This document shows, piece by piece, positions 1 to 5,858 of a stretch of 15,663 bases of DNA. The DNA lies in contig JAFCEL010000002.1 in NCBI GenBank assembly GCA_017609205.1, positions 1-15,663 on the forward strand. The letters are read 5' to 3'. A model generated the notes under the pieces. It ran no database searches. It worked only from the letters and a program-made list of their open reading frames with translations, and had not been told where the DNA came from. The DNA comes from Candidatus Saccharimonadota bacterium (GTDB taxonomy: Archaea > Nanobdellota > Nanobdellia > Pacearchaeales > GW2011-AR1). Position numbers and translations under genes: made by a program. The stretch's first letter is position 1, and each line of letters begins with the position of its first letter.

Positions 1-963
1 TCATCTGATTTCTGGGATGGTTTAAATTCTCCGAGCGATATTTATATTGGAAATTTAACAGATGATAATACATATGTAAGAGTTGATGGAGATAATATGA
101 CAGGTAATTTAACATTGGCAAATGACCCAAGTGATTTATTTCAAGCAGCAACAAAAGGTTATGTAGATATGGCTGTTGCTTCTCTTGGCTCAAGATATTA
201 CATGATTAATGATTCTTCTGGTATTGCTGATTATAAATTAACACAAACTACTGCATCTTCTGGAGCAGAGCAATCATTTAATAAATCAAATCTAGTAGAT
301 GGTGATTACATCATGGGTTGGATTTCACCAAATCCAAATGAACCAGGCACCTTGATTAAAGGAGTATATAGTTGGAATCTTTATGCTGAAAAAACAAGTG
401 GAACAAAGGAGTTAAGGTTATATTGGAAATTAATAGAGAGACTATCAAATGGAACAGAAATTGTAATAGGAACATCTGTTAATAGTAATGAGGTGTTAAA
501 TTCCAAAAATTCTTTTATAATCCCAATTATTTTATCAGATGACTATGCTTTGTCTAATGGTTCTTATGTTGTAGGTAAAATATATGCTTCTGTTGCTGGT
601 GGTGGCAGTGCTCCAAGTGTAGAATTATATTATGGAGGAGATTCTGATTCATATTGGGAAATCCCAACTAATTTGGAAGTATTATCAAGTCAATTTGTAA
701 ATTTAGATGGTGATACTATGACTGGAGCATTAAATGTTTCTAACATTAATACTAATAATTATGGTAACTTATCAATTGACGATGGAACCGTTTTTATTGA
801 TTCTTCAACTGATAGGATTGGAATAGGAACAACTACACCAAATGCTAAGTTGGATATTGTAGGAGAGGGGGGCGCTTTACTTAGTGTTACCCGATTAACG
901 ACTGGCAGCACATATTTTTATATTAATGGTTCTACAGGTCGGCAAGTCCGAGTCGGGCTTTAG
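1..963 (+). CDS. Tail-fibre-like fibrous surface protein (adhesin-like), 5'-truncated by the window edge; probably continues into 981..1412 across a frame break
   Basis: Frame 1 is open from nt 1 (no stop in the 32 codons before the ATG at 97), so the gene starts upstream of the window. It has two copies of the tail-fibre-type motif: 'VDGDNMTGNLTL...AATKGYVD' and 'LDGDTMTGALNV'. It also has the 'IGIGTTTPNAKLDIVG' motif typical of phage tail-fibre / endosialidase-chaperone-type fibrous proteins. Ends at TAG 961-963. Confidence 0.75.
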   Translation, partial: SSDFWDGLNSPSDIYIGNLTDDNTYVRVDGDNMTGNLTLANDPSDLFQAATKGYVDMAVASLGSRYYMINDSSGIADYKLTQTTASSGAEQSFNKSNLVDGDYIMGWISPNPNEPGTLIKGVYSWNLYAEKTSGTKELRLYWKLIERLSNGTEIVIGTSVNSNEVLNSKNSFIIPIILSDDYALSNGSYVVGKIYASVAGGGSAPSVELYYGGDSDSYWEIPTNLEVLSSQFVNLDGDTMTGALNVSNINTNNYGNLSIDDGTVFIDSSTDRIGIGTTTPNAKLDIVGEGGALLSVTRLTTGSTYFYINGSTGRQVRVGL

Positions 964-980
964 ATGTTGAAGGTGATTTT

Positions 981-1412
981 ATGGCTGTAAATTTATATCC
1001 GCAAGGTGGTATTAGATTCACTAACATAGCAGACCCTTCAATTTATAATGCTAATTCAGGGGCAGGAACAAATTTGAAAATTTATGGCGGAGGAGCTGAT
1101 GATTCATATTTATCACTTTATTCCGTAAGTTCTAGTCCAGCCAGCAAGTATGGCACGAGCGATTATATCAATTTCCATGTGGGCAATACAGCCGGCACCG
1201 CTCAAATTGAAGCCATGCGAATCGTTAATGGCGGCAATGTTGGTATAGGAACAACCACTCCTCTTGCTAAGTTGGATGTATCAAATTCAACACAGGGTTT
1301 AATCTTTAATCCGACTGGTGGTTCAGGAGATAGTCCAATTATAAATACAACTGGCTCTACAAATGTTACAATTACAAGCAGTGGTGGCTCTGTAATTATA
1401 CAGTTAGGTTAA
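981..1412 (+). CDS. Tail-fibre-like protein, C-terminal fragment or tip domain (frame is open upstream to 927)
   Basis: Carries a second 'VGIGTTTPLAKLDVSNS' motif, with DNA similarity between 817-855 and 1239-1277. The same frame upstream of the ATG reads 'SASPSRALDVEGDF', a third copy-like motif. Gly/Ser/Thr/Asn-rich composition. Locally higher GC than the rest of the window. Confidence 0.65.
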   Translation: MAVNLYPQGGIRFTNIADPSIYNANSGAGTNLKIYGGGADDSYLSLYSVSSSPASKYGTSDYINFHVGNTAGTAQIEAMRIVNGGNVGIGTTTPLAKLDVSNSTQGLIFNPTGGSGDSPIINTTGSTNVTITSSGGSVIIQLG

Positions 1413-1420
1413 TATATAAA
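1413..1420 (+). promoter_or_regulatory. TATA-box-like element (TATATAAA) upstream of the small membrane-protein gene
   Basis: 'tatataaa' lies immediately after the stop of the preceding ORF and 36-43 nt upstream of the ATG at 1456. A short leader containing a Shine-Dalgarno sequence follows. Confidence 0.3.
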
Positions 1421-1445
1421 TAATTTTATCAGGTAAATATTGAAA

Positions 1446-1451
1446 GGAGGT
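1446..1451 (+). promoter_or_regulatory. Shine-Dalgarno-like ribosome-binding site (GGAGGT)
   Basis: 'aaaGGAGGTaaaaATG': a perfect anti-16S core 4 nt upstream of the ATG at 1456. It is the only strong SD I see in the window. Confidence 0.55.
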
Positions 1452-1455
1452 AAAA

Positions 1456-1722
1456 ATGAGAAGAGATGGAAACAGGAACCAAATCTTGACGATTGTTTTG
1501 ATTGTTCTTTTAGCTCTTGCTGTTGGTTATATTGCTTTTGAGAAGATTTCTTTATGGAATCGGGTAAATCAGTTAGGAAACTTTCAGCAAGGAGCTCAGT
1601 ATGGATATCAGCAGGCAATTGTTGAGATAGCGCAGAAAGCAGAAGCATGTCAGCAAGTCCCTTTAGTAATAGGGAATAAGACCGTTAATGTTTTTGCTAT
1701 TAAATGTTTACAACAAAAATAA
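1456..1722 (+). CDS. Small single-pass membrane protein (88 aa), function unknown
   Basis: Strong SD. N-terminal basic stretch 'MRRDGNRN' followed by the hydrophobic helix 'ILTIVLIVLLALAVGYIAF'. Q-rich ectodomain with two Cys (possible disulfide). Stop lies 7 nt before the next start. Confidence 0.65.
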   Translation: MRRDGNRNQILTIVLIVLLALAVGYIAFEKISLWNRVNQLGNFQQGAQYGYQQAIVEIAQKAEACQQVPLVIGNKTVNVFAIKCLQQK

Positions 1723-1729
1723 TCTTAAA

Positions 1730-3058
1730 ATGGAGAATAAAAAGAAGTTTCTTTTAGTTATTTCTTTAGTATTAATCTTTTATTCAATTTTGCTTGTTTC
1801 TCCGATTGGAAGTGAAAATTATAATACTTCTGTGGCAATATCTTCAGGAGGAGGTAACATAAGTTCAGATAATCAGTCTCAGATTATTGTTGTTGGGCTA
1901 ATAAGTGGAAATGCTTCTTCAGGGAATTATAGCACTCATTTAGGTTTTTTGCAGGGTTCGTCAGATTTACTCCCCCCACGAGTTACAATCGTTAATCCTT
2001 TAGAAGCGACTTATGGTGTGAACTCTGTAAGTATTCAAATAAATCTTAATGAAGCTGGTTATTGCGAATATAGCCTTGACGCAGGAGTTACTAACCATAC
2101 TCTAACTGCTGATGCATCTAATTTGGTTTTTACTGGAACTTTGTCAGGACTTTCAAATGGAAATTATATTCTTAATGCGTATTGTAATGATAGTAGTGGG
2201 AATAAGAATTATACAGAAAGTGTTTCATTTACAATTAGTGTAGCGTCATCAACACCTTCTACAACATCTTCTGGCGGAGGGGGTGGTGGAGGCGGGGGTG
2301 TTGCAGAGTCTTTAGGGTTTTCTGTTAATCCTGAATCATATTCTAAAACAATTGTCTTGAATAGAACAGATTATGGGGGGATATTTATTACTAATGAGGA
2401 AAGTGTAGAGCGTGCTTATGATATTAACATAGAAGTTCTTGAAGGTATTTTGATTTTTGACAAAACTTCAGTTACTATTCCTCCTGGAAAAACAAAAAAC
2501 GTTGGGTTTAGAATTTATGCTCCTAGCAATCCTGGAATTTATACAGGAAAGATAATTGTAACTGCAGGATCTAAAAAAGCAGAGGTTCTTGTTACAATTA
2601 ATGTTAGAACTGAAAAGAGTTTGTATGATGTTCTTTTATCAATTCCCAAATCAATGAGGACTCTGCTTATTGGAAGGACGCTGAAGGCACAGGTGGATTT
2701 ATTGCAAATGGGTCTTAAGGAGAAAATGGATGTTGTTATAAAATATTTTATTAAAGGTTTCGATGGCAAGATTTATCTCTCTGAATCTGAAACAATAATG
2801 GTTTATGAGAAAAAATCTTTTGAAAGGGAGTTTCATACCCAGGATATTGCACCTGGAGATTATATTCTTGGAGTAGAGGTTATTTATCCTAGTGGTGTTG
2901 CAGTTGCGAGTTCTCAATTTAAGATAGTAGAAAAGTTGGGGGTTTTTAGATGCAATTTTTTTCTTATAATTTTATCTATAAGCCTGATAGCTCTTTTATT
3001 ATTTTTCTGGTTAATAATCAAAAGATATAAAAAAATAAGATTGCATAGACATAAATAA
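1730..3058 (+). CDS. Membrane-anchored surface protein with Ig/beta-sandwich-like domains, Gly9 linker and C-terminal TM anchor (paralog of 3062..4261)
   Basis: I prefer the ATG at 1730 ('MENKKKFLLVISLVLIFYSILLVS', signal-peptide-like) over 1688, which overlaps the upstream ORF. There is a 'SSGGGGGGGGGV' linker. The C-terminal hydrophobic helix 'FFLIILSISLIALLLFFWLII' is followed by the basic 'KRYKKIRLHRHK'. The two C-terminal domains align with the next gene. Confidence 0.8.
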   Translation: MENKKKFLLVISLVLIFYSILLVSPIGSENYNTSVAISSGGGNISSDNQSQIIVVGLISGNASSGNYSTHLGFLQGSSDLLPPRVTIVNPLEATYGVNSVSIQINLNEAGYCEYSLDAGVTNHTLTADASNLVFTGTLSGLSNGNYILNAYCNDSSGNKNYTESVSFTISVASSTPSTTSSGGGGGGGGGVAESLGFSVNPESYSKTIVLNRTDYGGIFITNEESVERAYDINIEVLEGILIFDKTSVTIPPGKTKNVGFRIYAPSNPGIYTGKIIVTAGSKKAEVLVTINVRTEKSLYDVLLSIPKSMRTLLIGRTLKAQVDLLQMGLKEKMDVVIKYFIKGFDGKIYLSESETIMVYEKKSFEREFHTQDIAPGDYILGVEVIYPSGVAVASSQFKIVEKLGVFRCNFFLIILSISLIALLLFFWLIIKRYKKIRLHRHK

Positions 3059-3061
3059 AAG

Positions 3062-4261
3062 ATGGTGTTAAAAAGGAGATTCTGGATAATAGGGCTTCTA
3101 ATTGCAGTAGCAATAGCAGTATTTTGTTTTTTTATAAATTCCGGACTTATAGGAAGGCAAGATTCTTATGAAAATGGTTTTGAAGTCAAACAGTTATTGT
3201 TAAGAGAAAATATCCTAGTTGGAGGAGGGGGTAGCAGTATAATTACTATAAAAAATTTAGAAAAAGATAGTCAGACTTTTAAGATAGGATTGTTTAATTT
3301 AGAGGGTATTGCTTCAGTTGAAGAGAGTCAATTCGTAGTTGGTTCGGGAGAGGAAAAAAAAGTTGCTATTTTGTTTAAGGATATTAAAAATAAAATTGAT
3401 GTTTATGTGGGAAGTATTGTTATTGAAGGGAATAAAGCCGTTAAGAAAATACCTGTTGTGGTTGGAGTAGAAAAGGAGAGCCCTTCTTTCACGATTATCC
3501 AAGAACCAATGCCAGCTTATGGTGAGGTTTATCCTGGTGGGAAATTAGGAATGGAAATAAAGATATTTAATTTAAAAGATTATGAAGAACACAAAGTTAA
3601 AATAAACTATTTCTTAAAAGATTTTAATGGAAATGTTCTAATGCCTGATGAAGAAAATAGGGTTGTGGGAGAGAGAACGTCTATTACAAAAATAATCAAT
3701 CTTCCTGAGGATATTGGGTATGGAAAGTATGTTTTTGTCACTCTTATAGATAATGAGAATATAGGGAGTTATATTTTTGATATAACTAAAAAAGATAAAA
3801 AGGTCTTCGACACTACAGAGTATCTTGTTTTAATTGTTTTAGTTTTTGTTATAGGGGTTTTTTTGATAATTTTCTATTTCTTTAGAGAAAGGGATAAATT
3901 CTTAATTGAGTTAAACAAACAACAGAATAGAGAAGTCAGAGAAAATCTTTCTGTTCTTAGGAAGTATAAAAAAGAAATTAATAAGATTAGGGATATAGAA
4001 GAGAAAAAACAAAAATTAAGGGCTCTTGAAAAAAATAGAAAAGAAATTCTTGCAAAAATAAAAAGAAAGCAGAAAATTCAGAAGAATGAATTATCTAAAT
4101 TAATAAGGGAGAATAAATTAAAGGAGGCTAAGAGAAAACTTGATTTATGGAAAAAAGAAGGATACAATTTTTCAGAGATTCATAGAGGGTTAAAAGGTTT
4201 ATCTAAGACAGATATACTGAATAAGATGAGACAATGGAAAAGACAAGGGTATAAGTTTTAA
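3062..4261 (+). CDS. Bitopic surface protein: N-terminal signal anchor, two beta-sandwich-like ectodomains, TM helix, 125-aa basic coiled-coil cytoplasmic tail
   Basis: Start is 3 nt after the upstream stop. N-terminal helix 'FWIIGLLIAVAIAVFCFFI'. The ectodomain is paralogous to the previous gene: 'KVKINYFLKDFNGNVLMPDEE..PEDIGYGKYVFV' versus 'DVVIKYFIKGFDGKIYLSESE..QDIAPGDYILGV'. TM helix 'YLVLIVLVFVIGVFLIIFYFF'. The K/R/E-rich tail (3884-4258) ends with the duplicated 'WKKEGYNF' / 'WKRQGYKF'. Confidence 0.8.
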   Translation: MVLKRRFWIIGLLIAVAIAVFCFFINSGLIGRQDSYENGFEVKQLLLRENILVGGGGSSIITIKNLEKDSQTFKIGLFNLEGIASVEESQFVVGSGEEKKVAILFKDIKNKIDVYVGSIVIEGNKAVKKIPVVVGVEKESPSFTIIQEPMPAYGEVYPGGKLGMEIKIFNLKDYEEHKVKINYFLKDFNGNVLMPDEENRVVGERTSITKIINLPEDIGYGKYVFVTLIDNENIGSYIFDITKKDKKVFDTTEYLVLIVLVFVIGVFLIIFYFFRERDKFLIELNKQQNREVRENLSVLRKYKKEINKIRDIEEKKQKLRALEKNRKEILAKIKRKQKIQKNELSKLIRENKLKEAKRKLDLWKKEGYNFSEIHRGLKGLSKTDILNKMRQWKRQGYKF

Positions 4262-4266
4262 TAATC

Positions 4267-4276
4267 TTTATAAAAA
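4267..4276 (+). promoter_or_regulatory. TATA-box-like element (TTTATAAAAA) upstream of the coiled-coil gene
   Basis: Centred about 24 nt upstream of the ATG at 4295 with no SD. This is consistent with an archaeal leaderless or short-leader promoter. Confidence 0.35.
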
Positions 4277-4294
4277 CAGTTGACATTAATTAAA

Positions 4295-5743
4295 ATGGTA
4301 AGGAAGAAACTAGAAGAAGGGGTGAGTAAGAAGGATTTTGCAAAGATTGAGTCAAAGATTCAAAGATTAAAACAGCTCGAGGATGAGTTGAATCTTCTTA
4401 ATCCTCAGGGATTTCCAGTTGAGGTTGCTTCTATACGTTCTAAGATAAAGAATGTTGCTAAAGTATCTGAAGTTGAAAGAGAGATGCGTGCTTTAAAGAG
4501 AAAAATAAATCTTCGACGAAAGAAAGAAGAAAAAGATGCAGGTAAGTTCTCTGATGTTAAAGAGAAATTAGATGATTTAGGGGAAGATGTTGAGAGCATA
4601 AAGAGTTCTCAGAAGAGAACTATCATTATAAGAAAAAAATTACAGGATTTGGAGAAAGATATTGAGGATGTGAAAGAATCTCAGGAAAAGGATCATCTTA
4701 TTAGAAAAAAACTAGAAGATATAGAGAATAATATTAGAGAGTTAGAAGAGTCTAGTTCAGAGATAAGTGATGTAAAGAGCGATCTATCTCGGATTAGGAG
4801 TGTTTTGTTGGACTTAAAAGAATCTCAAGAAAAAAAAGAAAAAGAGAAGAAGGCAAAGAGGTTGAAGATTGATAGGGGAGTTAGTGCAGTTGTCGAGGCA
4901 GATTTTAATGAATTTTTAACAGATATTGAATTGTCTCTTTCTGATAGATTGAAAAAGAGAGAAGAGGAGATTAATAATTTCTTGAAAAAGGATTTGATAA
5001 AGAGGAATAAAGAGTTCAAACAAAAACAAATTGATTTAGTTAAACAGTATGAGAGAGAGAAGAAGCGATTGGAGAAGAGGCTTAATAAACAATATGCAGA
5101 AGAAGTTCAGAAAAGATTGCATAAAGAGGTTAATGAGAGGTTTGGCAGTCTTTTGAATAAAAGTGTTGAAACAGAAAAAAGGAAATTAGAAGCAAAATAC
5201 AGAAAAGAATTAGCTTTACATTTAAAGGAGGAGCTTGAGAAAAGAAAAGAGTTGTTAAGACAGCGTATGCGAAGGGAGTTTGAAAATAAATTGAAAAAGC
5301 TTGAGAAAGAAAGAATATTAGAAAGAGAGGAGATTGAAGCAAGAGAAAGGAAGAAATTAGAGGAATTGAAAAAATTAGAGAAAGAAGAGCTTGAAAAGAA
5401 GAAGGAAGAGGTTGAGCTAGAAGAGAAGAAGAAATTAGAAGAATTGAAAAAAGCAAAACAGGCGCTTGAGAAGAAAAAGAGAGAACTTGAAGCAAAAGAG
5501 AAGAAGAAATTAGAAGAATTGAAAAAAGCAAAACAAGAGCTTGAAATTCAGAGAGAAAAAATAAAAGAAGGAATTAAAGAAGATTTAGTTAAACAGTTTA
5601 ATCAAATTCTCGAGAGGGAAGTTGCAAGGAAGGTTAATAAGATTAAAGTGAATATGAGAAAAGAGTTTAAGGAGAAATATGATAATAAACTAAAAAAGCA
5701 TGAAGCAGAATTGCATAAAAGATTGAAGCAACTTTTAAGTTAA
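4295..5743 (+). CDS. Long K/E-rich coiled-coil protein (about 482 aa), soluble, with internal tandem repeats
   Basis: Continuous ORF with extreme Lys/Glu/Arg/Leu heptad-like composition and no hydrophobic segment. I prefer the ATG at 4295 ('MVRKKLEEG') over the TTG at 4280. Repeated 'ESQEK..IRKKLxDxE' units and 25/26-aa 'KKLEELKKAKQxLE' repeats. Confidence 0.8.
   Translation: MVRKKLEEGVSKKDFAKIESKIQRLKQLEDELNLLNPQGFPVEVASIRSKIKNVAKVSEVEREMRALKRKINLRRKKEEKDAGKFSDVKEKLDDLGEDVESIKSSQKRTIIIRKKLQDLEKDIEDVKESQEKDHLIRKKLEDIENNIRELEESSSEISDVKSDLSRIRSVLLDLKESQEKKEKEKKAKRLKIDRGVSAVVEADFNEFLTDIELSLSDRLKKREEEINNFLKKDLIKRNKEFKQKQIDLVKQYEREKKRLEKRLNKQYAEEVQKRLHKEVNERFGSLLNKSVETEKRKLEAKYRKELALHLKEELEKRKELLRQRMRREFENKLKKLEKERILEREEIEARERKKLEELKKLEKEELEKKKEEVELEEKKKLEELKKAKQALEKKKRELEAKEKKKLEELKKAKQELEIQREKIKEGIKEDLVKQFNQILEREVARKVNKIKVNMRKEFKEKYDNKLKKHEAELHKRLKQLLS
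5343..5570 (+). repeat. Intragenic tandem repeat (units of 78/75/75 nt) including two identical 40-mers
   Basis: 5421-5460 and 5496-5535 are the identical 40-mer 'aagagaagaagaaattagaagaattgaaaaaagcaaaaca', 75 nt apart. A diverged copy ('gaaattagaggaattgaaaaaa') lies 78 nt upstream. The units encode the 'EKKKLEELKKAKQ' repeats. Confidence 0.85.
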
Positions 5744-5823
5744 TTTTCAGATTTATTGTTTTCTCGTCTTAATATGCCCGAATTTTGGGAGCAAGGTTTT
5801 TAAACTAATTTTCATTTATTAAG

Positions 5824-5833
5824 ATAAATTAAA
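5824..5833 (+). promoter_or_regulatory. Candidate TATA-like box upstream of gyrB
   Basis: 'ataaattaaa' lies 26-35 nt upstream of the ATG at 5859, and no SD is present. An alternative TATA-like 'tttttaaa' sits at about 5797-5804. The assignment is weak in this AT-rich spacer. Confidence 0.25.
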
Positions 5834-5858
5834 GAATCTCTGTCTTTTCGACGATAAA

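Noticed and set aside
1-1412. Interpreting the tail-fibre-like genes as part of a prophage or integrated virus
   Set aside because: The window has no capsid, portal, terminase, integrase or att-like repeats. The neighbours are cellular membrane proteins and core genes. Fibre-type motifs also occur in cellular adhesins. The region left of the window is unseen, so this cannot be fully excluded.
1688-1729. Upstream ATG at 1688 for the first surface paralog, and TTG at 4280 for the coiled-coil protein
   Set aside because: The 1688 start would overlap the preceding ORF by 35 nt and add a non-signal-like 'MFLLLNVYNKNNLK' before a perfect 'MENKKKF + hydrophobic' signal at 1730. The TTG at 4280 sits within 4 nt of the TATA-like box, whereas the ATG at 4295 has canonical spacing. 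Neither alternative can be excluded without data.
2273-2299. GGN-rich tract (ggc gga ggg ggt ggt gga ggc ggg ggt) as a G-quadruplex or slippage-prone contingency locus
   Set aside because: It encodes a Gly9 interdomain linker using mixed synonymous codons. It is not a homopolymer or perfect microsatellite, so slippage is unlikely. G4 potential is speculative, and the coding explanation is sufficient.
1409-3502. Minus-strand ORFs 1409..1648, 2539..2769, 2699..2917 and 3314..3502
   Set aside because: All lie fully inside or overlap longer + strand ORFs that have coherent signal/TM/domain architecture. They are short, have odd composition, and no promoter or RBS context.
5130-5531. 133-aa minus-strand ORF (L/S/F-rich) inside the coiled-coil gene; also 4405..4599 and 4825..5019 on the minus strand
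   Set aside because: These are antisense shadows of an extremely purine-rich K/E-coding strand. Their low-complexity translations lack start context, and the sense ORF is continuous for about 1.45 kb.
5744-5858. Possible tRNA, C/D-box sRNA or other ncRNA in the largest intergenic spacer; also the 14093-14172 spacer
   Set aside because: There are no GC-rich acceptor or anticodon stems and no RUGAUGA/CUGA boxes on either strand. I found only a tiny ccc...ggg hairpin. The spacers are AT-rich and better explained as terminator/promoter regions.
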